Positions 48,985 to 58,691 are shown, counted from the first letter of the stretch. The stretch is 64,000 nt of DNA from Pseudomonadota bacterium (GCA_036344075.1 JAYYUJ010000011.1:2794-66793); one strand, 5' to 3'. Notes: generated by a model from the sequence alone, not told the origin. A program made the numbers and translations.

Positions 48985-49422
48985 TCAAAACTGCTCGCCG
49001 AATAACATCGCCGGCCTTATTTCAACCCAATCAACGACTAACTCCCTCTGCTCAAACAACCAAATAGAATCGATGCACACAAATCGGTCTTGATATCGAA
49101 TATTCCAATCTTCGACTTCTCGAGAACCGTCTTCTTTGAGTCGCAGATGACTCGCCGTGCAATAGGTTTCTCCCTCAGCGCGGTCACCATTAATCGAAAG
49201 GGTTTGATTAAAAATTTTATGCTGAGTTTGCTCGAACATACTATCAAGAATGGCCGGGATACCCCCTAGTGCCTCATGACCCTTTATTGACGAGCCCGGC
49301 ATAATCACTTCAGCATCTGCTGTGAGGGTCGAAAGTAGCATGGCAACATCTCGACGATCCGCAGCCTGAGCATAGCGAGCTGTAAGGGCTTGAATATCTG
49401 CAATGGTTTGCGCATTTGCCAT
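48985..49422 (-). CDS. NTF2-fold SnoaL_4-like protein
   Basis: 145 aa. It contains LTARYAQAADRRD (Y-x4-D), QTQHKIFNQ and IDSIWLFEQRE. Confidence 0.6.
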   Translation of the reverse strand: MANAQTIADIQALTARYAQAADRRDVAMLLSTLTADAEVIMPGSSIKGHEALGGIPAILDSMFEQTQHKIFNQTLSINGDRAEGETYCTASHLRLKEDGSREVEDWNIRYQDRFVCIDSIWLFEQRELVVDWVEIRPAMLFGEQF

Positions 49423-49424
49423 GA

Positions 49425-49802
49425 CTAAGCCTTCATTCCAGAGTTGGTGGGACCAAAAAAAGCTCGCATAGAGGTCACCTTGCCTTCATCATTGAACACC
49501 ATGACATCTATCGGACGAAACGTCATAATGCCGTCGCCGGTATCCACCTCACCTGTAAATGCAAAAGCTGCCTCATTTCCGGCGATTCGTATTTCAGATT
49601 CAAGTTGAAGTCTAACGTTCATCGCTAAAGCCGACTTATAAAATTCTTCTACCGCTGCACGACCTTGCTTGACTGGCGAGCCAACAGGGTCTTCAACACA
49701 GCAGTCATCGGCATATAAACTCATAATGGCCGCTAAGTCAGATGTTTGAAAGGCATCGATATAGGTGTTCACTGCCGCCGTTATTTTTTCTTCTAATGAC
49801 AT
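49425..49802 (-). CDS. ksi: 3-ketosteroid delta5-delta4 isomerase (KSI)
   Basis: 125 aa, which aligns without gaps to my recollection of the 125-aa Comamonas testosteroni KSI. Shared blocks are VEDPVGS, NEAAFAFT, PID and GKV.SMRA.FG. Catalytic Tyr14, Asp38 and Asp99 fall at identical positions. Confidence 0.85.
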   Translation of the reverse strand: MSLEEKITAAVNTYIDAFQTSDLAAIMSLYADDCCVEDPVGSPVKQGRAAVEEFYKSALAMNVRLQLESEIRIAGNEAAFAFTGEVDTGDGIMTFRPIDVMVFNDEGKVTSMRAFFGPTNSGMKA

Positions 49803-49838
49803 TTTTTTCTCCTTATTATTTCATCACTGACAATGGGA

Positions 49839-50987
49839 CTAAAGGCGCTCAATAATGGTGACATTCGCTTGACCGCCACCCTCGCACATGGTCTGCAAAC
49901 CATAACGACCGCCCGTGCGTTCTAATTCGTGCAGTAATGTCGTCATGAGCTTGGAGCCTGAAGCCCCTAATGGGTGGCCTAGCGCAATCGCTCCGCCGTT
50001 CACATTCGTTTTAGCTGGGTCATAACCAGTCTCTTTAAGCCAAGCTAAAACAACCGAGGCAAAAGCTTCATTAATTTCAACCAAATCAATATCCGCCAAA
50101 GTCATACCTGCTTTGTCTAGGGCAAATTGAGTCGCAGCGATGGGTGCAGTTAACATCCAAACAGGATCTTCTGCTCGGACACTCATGTGGTGAATGCGAG
50201 CTCGCGGCGTTAAGTGATACTTTTTTAAAGCGGCATCGGATACAATTAATATTGCACTACTCGCATCACAAGTCTGACTAGAAACCGCCGCCGTCACTTT
50301 ATCGCAACCAAACAAATAATCTAATTCAGCCATTTTTTCAAGACTAGTTTGACGCGGCGTTTCATCTTGGCTAACGCCTTCAAGCGGAACAATTTCTCGG
50401 TCGAATCGACCCTCTGTAATCGCCTGCAAGGCACGCCTGTGTGACTCTAATGAAAAGGCTTCAAGCTGTTGTCTTGAAATTTCCCACTTATCAGCAATCA
50501 TTTGCGCTGAATTAAATTGCGTTGGTGGGACGTCACCATAACGCTCAACCCAACCTTTTGACCCTGTAAAAGGATCACTAAAACCCATCGGTTCTGCGGC
50601 TGTCATTGCCGAACTAATTGGAATTTGCGTCATTGTTTGTACGCCACCCGCAAGCACAACATCTTGCGTGCCACTCATGACAGCTTGTGCGGCAAAATGC
50701 ACAGCTTGCTGTGAAGATCCACATTGACGATCTATGGTGGTGCCTGGAACACAATCAGGTAAGCCTGCAACTAACCAACAGGTACGGGCAATATCACCCG
50801 CTAAGGGGCCAATGGTATCAACACTGCCAAAAATGACATCATCATAGTCTTCGGCTGGAATAGCATTTCGCTCAACAATTGCATTGATAACATGTGCGCC
50901 TAAATCGGCCGCATGAACATGAGCAAGACCCCCTTTTCTTCGACCCGTTGGACTACGAAGCGCATCGACAATATAAGCTTCAGGCAT
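49839..50987 (-). CDS. Acetyl-CoA C-acyltransferase (true thiolase, FadA5/FadA6-like context)
   Basis: 382 aa. It contains DRQCGSSQQA, GHPLGASG and TMCEGGGQA. Confidence 0.85.
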   Translation of the reverse strand: MPEAYIVDALRSPTGRRKGGLAHVHAADLGAHVINAIVERNAIPAEDYDDVIFGSVDTIGPLAGDIARTCWLVAGLPDCVPGTTIDRQCGSSQQAVHFAAQAVMSGTQDVVLAGGVQTMTQIPISSAMTAAEPMGFSDPFTGSKGWVERYGDVPPTQFNSAQMIADKWEISRQQLEAFSLESHRRALQAITEGRFDREIVPLEGVSQDETPRQTSLEKMAELDYLFGCDKVTAAVSSQTCDASSAILIVSDAALKKYHLTPRARIHHMSVRAEDPVWMLTAPIAATQFALDKAGMTLADIDLVEINEAFASVVLAWLKETGYDPAKTNVNGGAIALGHPLGASGSKLMTTLLHELERTGGRYGLQTMCEGGGQANVTIIERL

Positions 50988-51010
50988 AATTATTCCTCCA
51001 ACATCAATCG

Positions 51011-52078
51011 CTATGCGACAAAAGTACTTCCTGCGCCAATCGCTGCTTGATCAGCAAAAACAAAATCACTAACACGACCTTGATGCCAAGAAACAACACC
51101 CCAAGCGTTGTTATAAACCCATGCTTTCTTCATAAAAATCTGTAAGTCAACTTCCCAGGTATAACCCATTGCACCATGACATTGCATCGTATTCTTAGCC
51201 GCTAACTGCGCCACTTCTGTGGCTGCAAGCTTAGCATGACTGACATTCACATTGGCGCTTAGCAACTGCTCTGCGACAGCATAAGCCGCTTTATAAACAG
51301 GCGTTTTAGAGAATTCTAACTTCACCGCCACATTGGCCATTAAATGCTTAACCGCTTGAAAGCTACCAATCGGCTTGCCAAATTGTTGACGATCAGCAGT
51401 ATAACTCACCGTCATATCGATCATGCGTTGCGACAAACCTAAGGCTTCAGCCGCCACTCCTAAGGCACCGCGATTCATAGCACCATCGATCAAGCATTGT
51501 GCCTGTCCACCCTCGGCAATTAAGTTCGCGTCAGACGTCTGCCAGCTAATACTGTAGAGCTTTCGGCTAGGGTCGACAGATTCATTTAATGTGTAGCTAA
51601 ACTGTTCGGGCGTCAGCGCATAGAGTGCTTGGCCTTTTTGTAAGATCAATAAATCCGCTGTATGTGCGTCCTCGACAAAAACATTTTGCTCCAGACCAAC
51701 CATGACCTTGGCCCGACCCTCGGCAATGGCCGGTAACCATTGCTGTTTAATCGCCTCACCGCTGTCACCACTTAACTGGTCTAGCAAAGGAACCGCAACA
51801 AGCGCGATATGGACTAACGGCGCGGGTAAAGCGACGTAACCACACTCTTGAGCTATCAAGATAAAATCCAAAGCTGTCATGCCTAAACCGCCCATCGCTT
51901 CAGGCACTGTCATTGCGGTGAGTCCGAGCTCGGTCAGTTGCTCCCATAGCGCATCAGATCGACCCGTATCCGTCTCCCAAAGGGCGCGAATACTCTCGGC
52001 TGTTACCTCATTAACTAAAAAATCGCGGACGGATTCTTGAAATAATAACTGGTCTTCTGTGAAGGTAAAATTCATCAC
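51011..52078 (-). CDS. Acyl-CoA dehydrogenase family protein (short partner subunit)
   Basis: 355 aa. It contains GAMGYTWEVDLQIFMKKA. Confidence 0.75.
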   Translation of the reverse strand: MMNFTFTEDQLLFQESVRDFLVNEVTAESIRALWETDTGRSDALWEQLTELGLTAMTVPEAMGGLGMTALDFILIAQECGYVALPAPLVHIALVAVPLLDQLSGDSGEAIKQQWLPAIAEGRAKVMVGLEQNVFVEDAHTADLLILQKGQALYALTPEQFSYTLNESVDPSRKLYSISWQTSDANLIAEGGQAQCLIDGAMNRGALGVAAEALGLSQRMIDMTVSYTADRQQFGKPIGSFQAVKHLMANVAVKLEFSKTPVYKAAYAVAEQLLSANVNVSHAKLAATEVAQLAAKNTMQCHGAMGYTWEVDLQIFMKKAWVYNNAWGVVSWHQGRVSDFVFADQAAIGAGSTFVA

Positions 52079-52085
52079 TCACCTC

Positions 52086-53255
52086 CTAGCGTGGCATACC
52101 AAGCATACGCTCAGCAATGATGTTACGTTGAATTTCATTAGTGCCCGCATAAATAGGCCCACTCTGAGAAAACAGCCAACCATCGAGCCAGTTTCCAACA
52201 TTTTCGGCCGCCGGTGCATGGGCTAACAATTCGGCTCGCGCACCTAAAATACTCATCGCTGTGGCATGCATATCACGATCTAATTCAGACCAAAAAATCT
52301 TATTGGTTGATGACTCAGGACCTATCTTACCGCCCTGCACTAACCGACAGGCCGTTTGGTATGTCAACAAAGTATAAGCCTCGGCGTCCATATAGGCTTT
52401 TATTACTGCATTTTTAACCGCAGGGTCGGCATCAGCGGTGGCTTGATTCTCTTTGTATAATTCAACTAAGCGTTTAGCCGTCTGCTGGAAGCGTGCTGGC
52501 GAACGCAGCATTAGACCGCGTTCAAAACCGGCTGTTGCCATAGCCACGGACCAGCCTTTGTCCTCTTCACCGAGCAAGCAGTCGACCGGCACCTTAACAT
52601 TATCAAAAAAGATTTCTGCAAAGCCTGGCAAGCCATCTAATTGCGGTATCGGCCTGACCGAAATACCCTCAAGATCAAGCGGAACTAAAATAAAACTTAA
52701 ACCACGATGGCGCTCAGATTCAGGGTCAGTTCTAAACATGCCGAACGCCCAATCGGCCCATACTGCTCGTGTTGACCAAGTTTTCTGGCCATTAATAATA
52801 TAATGCTGACCATCATTCGACAGTTCAGCCTTGGCGCGAATAGCCGCCATATCCGAACCAGCGTTCGGCTCAGACCAAGCTTGACACCAAATATCTTTGC
52901 CGGTGGCCATGCCCGTTAAAAAACGCTGCTTCTGCGCTTCGGTCCCATACTCCATCATCGTCGGACCCAATAAAAAGATGCCGTTTTGATTGACTCTTAA
53001 AGGCGCACCAGCAGCGTAGTACTCCTCCTCAAAAATAAGCCATTGCAATAAGTCAGCACCGCGACCACCCATCTCTTCAGGCCAAGTAATCATGCCCCAA
53101 TGGCCTTCATATAACTTCGCTTCCCATTCACGATGAGCTTGAAAACCCTCGGCCGTATCAAAACTGGGAAGCGGTTCGACAGGCACATTATCGGCTAGCC
53201 ACTGCCTAACCTCAGCTCTAAAAGCGACTTGCTGTTCGGTGTAATTTAAATCCAT
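52086..53255 (-). CDS. Acyl-CoA dehydrogenase family protein
   Basis: The C-terminal motif reads IYAGTNEIQRNIIAERMLG. I chose the ATG at 53255 (MDLNYTEQQVAFRAEV) by analogy with the paralogue at 45590. The ORF track uses a TTG at 53276. Confidence 0.8.
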   Translation of the reverse strand: MDLNYTEQQVAFRAEVRQWLADNVPVEPLPSFDTAEGFQAHREWEAKLYEGHWGMITWPEEMGGRGADLLQWLIFEEEYYAAGAPLRVNQNGIFLLGPTMMEYGTEAQKQRFLTGMATGKDIWCQAWSEPNAGSDMAAIRAKAELSNDGQHYIINGQKTWSTRAVWADWAFGMFRTDPESERHRGLSFILVPLDLEGISVRPIPQLDGLPGFAEIFFDNVKVPVDCLLGEEDKGWSVAMATAGFERGLMLRSPARFQQTAKRLVELYKENQATADADPAVKNAVIKAYMDAEAYTLLTYQTACRLVQGGKIGPESSTNKIFWSELDRDMHATAMSILGARAELLAHAPAAENVGNWLDGWLFSQSGPIYAGTNEIQRNIIAERMLGMPR

Positions 53256-53284
53256 AGTACAGTTATCGTTATCCAAAAATAAAA

Positions 53285-54043
53285 CTATTTAAAATCGGCT
53301 TTGCGCTTTTCAACAAAAGCGTCACGCGCTTCTTGTGAGTCACCCATGGTATAGGCTTCAAAGGTAAAACCCTGCTCCCATCGATATTTATCTTCTAAGT
53401 TACCGTCCTCAACACCCGTTAATGCTTCTTTTGCCAATTTAACCATCGCCGGTGATTTAGCGGCAATGGTCTCAGCCATTTCACGTGCTGTAGGCATCAA
53501 TTGATCACGAGCTACAACACGCTCTACAGCACCAAGACGATAGGCCTCTTGGGCATCGATAAACTCACCGGTAAAATACATATAACGAACTTTTTGCACC
53601 GGGAACATGCGCTGTAAATGCGCACCGCCACCCATAGCACCTCGGTCAATCTCTGGCACGCCGAAACTAGCACACTCAGAAGCAATAATAATGTCTGCGG
53701 CTCCGCTTATGCCTATACCCCCGCCTAAAACAAAACCGTGTAGCGCCACAATCACTGGCTTAGGGTTGAGATGAATCGCTTTAAAGGTGTCGTAATTGCC
53801 TCGATTCACATCGAGTATTTTCGAACCATCAGCGGCCAATTCTTTAATATCAACGCCGGCACAAAAGCCTTTGCCTTCAGCGGCTATAATAATGACTTTA
53901 ACCGCATCATTTTTACCCAAAGCTTCAATTTCTTGGGAAATAGCGAACCATGTCGCGCTGTCAAAAGCATTAACAGGCGGATGGTTAAAAATCAATTCTG
54001 CCACACCGTTGGCATTGATCGTAGTACCGTAAGGTTGAGACAT
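53285..54043 (-). CDS. Enoyl-CoA hydratase/isomerase (crotonase; EchA20-like by context)
   Basis: 252 aa. It contains GKGFCAGVDIKE and LHGFVLGGGIG. Confidence 0.8.
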   Translation of the reverse strand: MSQPYGTTINANGVAELIFNHPPVNAFDSATWFAISQEIEALGKNDAVKVIIIAAEGKGFCAGVDIKELAADGSKILDVNRGNYDTFKAIHLNPKPVIVALHGFVLGGGIGISGAADIIIASECASFGVPEIDRGAMGGGAHLQRMFPVQKVRYMYFTGEFIDAQEAYRLGAVERVVARDQLMPTAREMAETIAAKSPAMVKLAKEALTGVEDGNLEDKYRWEQGFTFEAYTMGDSQEARDAFVEKRKADFK

Positions 54044-54085
54044 GACTTTTCCTTTTACGTTTTACGTTAAAAATAGACAATAAGA

Positions 54086-54889
54086 TTAGCTACGAACACC
54101 TGGCGGATCATCTTTTAATTGCCGTGAACGTAAGTTGTGTGGATCAAGCTGAGCAATAACTGCCAACTGCGCTTCAGTAGGCGCAACCGTCTCAGGAATA
54201 ATGTCCGGAATGCAAAGCTCAAAGCCGGTATTTTCAATAACCTCATCAATCGTAACGCCGGGGTGCAAACTGACCACGCGCATTTGATAGTCAGGGCCGC
54301 CAAAATCCATCACACAAAGATTCGTCAATACCATACGCAAATCAACATCAGACAGCTGATGTCCTTTAGGTAATCTGGCAGGATTATAGCCAATCGTGCA
54401 AACCATATCGCATTCGCCTTCAACAAAAACACGGGTATTATGGCTGGGAATTAAAAAGGAATTTGCATGACTGATCGAATTTCCTGGAAAGCCTCGAGCG
54501 CCTAGCATTTGCACCTTAGGTTGCTGATAAGTTCCACCTAGACAAGAAATATTGCTTTGACCAAAACGGTCCATTTGGGTTGGGCCGCCCGTAATGTGCC
54601 GACAACCGCTCCAAACATTATCAAAAATTCGAGAAAAACCCATCCAAGTTTCGTTTTGCTGAATAAAATCATCAGGACGATTACCGACCGGGTTCGGCTC
54701 GGACAGCAACCATGCTTCTGAGTCAGTCATCATGATATCAGTGTTGCTGGTCTTCATGGCCAAGCTTGCGGCTATTCTGGGTAACACACCAATACCCGTC
54801 ACTAAAATCTCTCCGTCATTGTCGTAAGCAGCAGCATTGGCGCAGATCAACAATTCAGCCAAGCTATAATCAGTTGCAAACTCACTCAT
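54086..54889 (-). CDS. ipdB: CoA-transferase family beta subunit (IpdB/ScdL2-like steroid ring-D hydrolase subunit)
   Basis: 267 aa, glutaconate-CoA-transferase-B-like. It is paired with an alpha subunit and followed by a crotonase, as in ipdA-ipdB-echA20 loci. The assignment rests on family and context. Confidence 0.6.
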   Translation of the reverse strand: MSEFATDYSLAELLICANAAAYDNDGEILVTGIGVLPRIAASLAMKTSNTDIMMTDSEAWLLSEPNPVGNRPDDFIQQNETWMGFSRIFDNVWSGCRHITGGPTQMDRFGQSNISCLGGTYQQPKVQMLGARGFPGNSISHANSFLIPSHNTRVFVEGECDMVCTIGYNPARLPKGHQLSDVDLRMVLTNLCVMDFGGPDYQMRVVSLHPGVTIDEVIENTGFELCIPDIIPETVAPTEAQLAVIAQLDPHNLRSRQLKDDPPGVRS

Positions 54890-54955
54890 TTATTTTCTCC
54901 AAAGATAACGACTGATCTAACACTTTTAACTTTTATTAGACCAGAAAAGCAATAG

Positions 54956-55831
54956 TTAATAGACCGCTAAGGGCAATTGTTTGATACTCTCGAGTCCACC
55001 CACTAAGTTTTGATAGTCGATCTCTGTTTTACCGTGGATATATTTATCGGCATAACTGGCAAAACCGCCCTCTTTTGCTGAGGCTGCGTATTCTTTGAAA
55101 TGCTGCACATCAAAACCATAATGAGGTGAGCAAGAGCTGGGATGCGCGCCACCTGCAATCGGAATCACTCCCGTCGTTTGTGAGCGCTCCCAAAAAACAA
55201 ATCGTGCTTCTTGCTCAGGGGTAAAGTAATCAGTGTCAACTAATTCATCACAAGAAACATAGGCTTTCATTGCTGCACGAGCAAACCAATCATCCATATA
55301 GTGATCGGCGCCTTTAATTTGGCAAACACCCCGACTATCCGCCCGATCAACGTGAATTAATGCCGCGTCTAAATCCAAGGCCGGCATTGCTAACCACTCC
55401 TTTTCGTCATAAGGACTATCAACGACTTTCAATTCCGGATTGACATTTAAAACATCAGTACCCAAGCCGACTTGTGTCGGTATAAACGGACAACCCCAAG
55501 CCGCTGCTCGCAAACCTAACAACATCATCCCTTCGTCAACTTCTAAAGTTTCAATTGCACCTTGCTGTCGTGCAAGACGAAAATAAGGTTCGAGAGGAAT
55601 AAAATCTAAAGAGACAAATGCAAAAATCACCTTCTTCACTTTACCTGCCGCGCACAACATACCAACGTCAGCGCCACCGTAAGCAACAATGGTTAGGTCC
55701 TTGAGTTCAGATCGAAGTATTTCACGAACCAATGCCATGGGCTTACGACGAGGCCCCCATCCACCAATACCGATCGTCATTCCGTCGCTGAGAGAAGCAA
55801 CCATATCGGACGCCTGCATTACTTTATTCAT
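54956..55831 (-). CDS. ipdA: CoA-transferase family alpha subunit (IpdA/ScdL1-like)
   Basis: It contains MTIGIGGWGPRRKPMALV. The start was trimmed to the ATG at 55831 (MNKVMQAS), which follows AAAGGAA. The ORF track extends to 55897. Confidence 0.6.
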   Translation of the reverse strand: MNKVMQASDMVASLSDGMTIGIGGWGPRRKPMALVREILRSELKDLTIVAYGGADVGMLCAAGKVKKVIFAFVSLDFIPLEPYFRLARQQGAIETLEVDEGMMLLGLRAAAWGCPFIPTQVGLGTDVLNVNPELKVVDSPYDEKEWLAMPALDLDAALIHVDRADSRGVCQIKGADHYMDDWFARAAMKAYVSCDELVDTDYFTPEQEARFVFWERSQTTGVIPIAGGAHPSSCSPHYGFDVQHFKEYAASAKEGGFASYADKYIHGKTEIDYQNLVGGLESIKQLPLAVY

Positions 55832-56334
55832 AGCGATTCCTTTGTGAATCAATTCTTTGAAAAACGGATAACAATATAACTTCCAATGCCTAGCCAATAA
55901 CCAAGATCTAATTGAAGTTAACAGCTATAAAGTTGATAGCTAAGATTCTGTTATCCATAGATATTTCAATGCACATTCTAGCCTAATATTAAATTCGAAA
56001 GAATGACTGATTCGTTTAGTTGACTGCGTCAAAATCTGAATAGCGGTGAATCAAGCCAGTGACCGGCAGATCGAGTTTTATTTCGATCAATAAACAAACA
56101 CCACCATCTTACTCATGACCGTTTTTGTCATTCTTAGCGCCACGGACACAAAAGGACAGCAGTAAGCGATCTTCAGCGATTCGGATTTATGCAAAGTATA
56201 TCAACAACTACAGCTGCTAATTTAATTGCCATTGCGAAAATGCTAGATCAAAGACATAAATTTAGGGTCATTATTAACGTCGCTAAATCACGATATAATT
56301 AACGGCCATTTGGCAATCAAAGTGAACATTACCC

Positions 56335-57537
56335 ATGGCAGACAACACAGTCCAATCAAACGACACAGCGATATCTAGCGAACAAGTTAGCGACATTAGT
56401 ACTTATCTGGACAGAGCAAAAAAAGAAACCGGACTAGACGACTTTGGTGGTGATGATTTTATAGAACCATTGGAGCGGATCATCGATGCGCTTAACCGTG
56501 AAGCGCAATTGAATCAAGCCGGTAAATTTCAAGTTGAGATGTTATTTGCCAAAGGCCTAGAAAATCGCTTACGGGTGGAAAACTATATTCGAGAAAACCC
56601 AGAGGTACTCGATCAAGAAATTCACGCACCTATTTTTATCTCAGGCTTACCTCGAACGGGCACCACGGCTTTGCATCACCTATTAAATGCCGACAGCGCC
56701 AATCATACCTTGCGCTTATGGGAGGGTAATGAATTAATTCCACCCCCAGAAGATGCAACTTACCTCAATGACCCAAGAATTGAAAAAACTAAACAAAATG
56801 TTGCCATGACAGACCAATTCATGCCCGGCTTTTTTAAAACCCATTTAATCGACGCAGAAGCCCCCGACGAATGTCATTTACTGTTTGGCCAAAACTTTAT
56901 GTCAGTGCAGTATTCTGCTCAGTACCATATACCCAGCTTCGCGAACTGGCTTTACCAACAAGATCTCACCGATTCTTATGCCTATCACAAACGACAAATG
57001 CAGGTATTACAACATAAGAAATCTGGCCGCTGGGTATTAAAAACGCCCTATCATCAGCTGGGATTACCCGCTATTTTAGCCAATCACCCAACCGCTATTA
57101 TTGTCCAGACACACCGCGCCCCCATGAAAATCATCGCTTCAGGCTGCAGCTTTAGCAAAGTCGTGAGAACGCCATCTTCTCACTTGAATGATGACCACAT
57201 CATTGGCCGTGACTGGATGGACATGTTGCAAATATACTCACGCGCTTTTGAAAAGAATCGGGCGGAGCTAGAAGCTAAGCATCCTGGACAATTTATCGAC
57301 ATAAAACACGATGAATTTGTTCAGAACCCTTGGCCTGATCTTGAAAAAGTCTATGCTGCTACAGCTGCTACGATAAGTGACGAAGGAAAAGCAAATATGC
57401 AAGCATGGCTAGACGAGAATCAACCAGGTAAACACGGCAAACACGAATACGACATTGCTGACTATGGAATTGAACAATCAGAAATCGACGATTTATTCGG
57501 TGACTATATTCAACGTTACCAGCTTAATATGAGCTAG
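56335..57537 (+). CDS. PAPS-type sulfotransferase family protein (Sulfotransfer_3-like), second copy
   Basis: 400 aa. The 5'-PSB loop reads ISGLPRTGTTALHHLL and the 3'-PB-like motif reads THRAPMKIIASGC. It also contains RWVLKTPYH. Confidence 0.75.
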   Translation: MADNTVQSNDTAISSEQVSDISTYLDRAKKETGLDDFGGDDFIEPLERIIDALNREAQLNQAGKFQVEMLFAKGLENRLRVENYIRENPEVLDQEIHAPIFISGLPRTGTTALHHLLNADSANHTLRLWEGNELIPPPEDATYLNDPRIEKTKQNVAMTDQFMPGFFKTHLIDAEAPDECHLLFGQNFMSVQYSAQYHIPSFANWLYQQDLTDSYAYHKRQMQVLQHKKSGRWVLKTPYHQLGLPAILANHPTAIIVQTHRAPMKIIASGCSFSKVVRTPSSHLNDDHIIGRDWMDMLQIYSRAFEKNRAELEAKHPGQFIDIKHDEFVQNPWPDLEKVYAATAATISDEGKANMQAWLDENQPGKHGKHEYDIADYGIEQSEIDDLFGDYIQRYQLNMS

Positions 57538-57578
57538 CCTTCACTGGCAAAAAAAGATTACTTTAAGGAGATAGAAAA

Positions 57579-58691
57579 ATGGCAAACTCGGAATCTGAAC
57601 AGCGTGTTATTGATGGTACCGCATGGGCTGACTTTTGTGACGCCCTAAAAGAGGCAGGCGAAATTATTCAAAGCGACAAAGCGCCTAAAGATGCCTTTAA
57701 TCAAGCCGAGGGGTATCGCTATTTATCCCGCTTATTACGCGGTGGACTCGAGAGCTTTTTAGAGCATCGTGACCCGTTATTTCCAACGCTACGATCGGGC
57801 GCCCATGAAACCATCAAGATGGGCGCCGATAATCCTGACAACCGTTATGAAAGCGCATCCCTTAATCCCGCCTTCGATTATAAAATTAGTGGAAGTCGAG
57901 GCACCGTTGACTACTTAGGTATTGGTACGGTCATTAATCGCTATTCCGTCGATGGCACCATGGAGACATCAGGGTTTATCGACTCCCGAGAGTTAGACAT
58001 AAACCCCGACGGTACATTTGAACTCATTTTGAGCCAAAAAAAGCAACCAGGTAACTGGCTCGGAATGTGCGAAAAAACCAACTCAGTGAATGTCAGACAA
58101 ACATTTCAGGATCGAAAAACGGAAAAACCTGCCGAGTTAAAAATTGAACGCATTGGCGCATCCGAAGACCGACCCAAGCCATTATCACCTGAAACTTTAG
58201 ACAGAGGATTGCAAGGTGCCGCGACTTTCGTAAAACGCACCGCCAAGCTATTTGAGGATTGGTCAGAGAGCTTTTTACCGATTAATAACCAACTTCCGCC
58301 TGCTGATCAAGCCTATTGCCAACTGATTGGCGGTGACCCAAATATTTATTATTTTCACAGTGCCTGGTCCCTCGCAGATGACGAAGTGTTTGTGATTGAC
58401 GCCAAGACCGTCCCTGATTGTCAGACATGGAACTTTCAAGTAAGTAACTGGTGGATGGAATCACTGGATTATCGATATCACACCATTCATTTGAACAAAC
58501 ATACCGCCCAGTATAACGATGACGGTAGTGTACAGTTAGTGGTCTCGCACACGAATCCAGGCCATGCCAACTGGATAGAAACCGCTGGTCATCGCAATGG
58601 CACCATGTGCTGGCGTTGGATCGGGGCAAAGGTGCATCCCGATCTTGAATGGCGAGTCATGAAACTCAGCGATTATCAAGCCACTTTGTAA
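57579..58691 (+). CDS. DUF1214-like protein of unknown function
   Basis: 370 aa and soluble. It contains NQAEGYRYLSRLLRGGLE and NPDNRY. The family assignment is tentative. It follows an AAGGAG RBS and is likely co-transcribed with the sulfotransferase. Confidence 0.45.
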   Translation: MANSESEQRVIDGTAWADFCDALKEAGEIIQSDKAPKDAFNQAEGYRYLSRLLRGGLESFLEHRDPLFPTLRSGAHETIKMGADNPDNRYESASLNPAFDYKISGSRGTVDYLGIGTVINRYSVDGTMETSGFIDSRELDINPDGTFELILSQKKQPGNWLGMCEKTNSVNVRQTFQDRKTEKPAELKIERIGASEDRPKPLSPETLDRGLQGAATFVKRTAKLFEDWSESFLPINNQLPPADQAYCQLIGGDPNIYYFHSAWSLADDEVFVIDAKTVPDCQTWNFQVSNWWMESLDYRYHTIHLNKHTAQYNDDGSVQLVVSHTNPGHANWIETAGHRNGTMCWRWIGAKVHPDLEWRVMKLSDYQATL

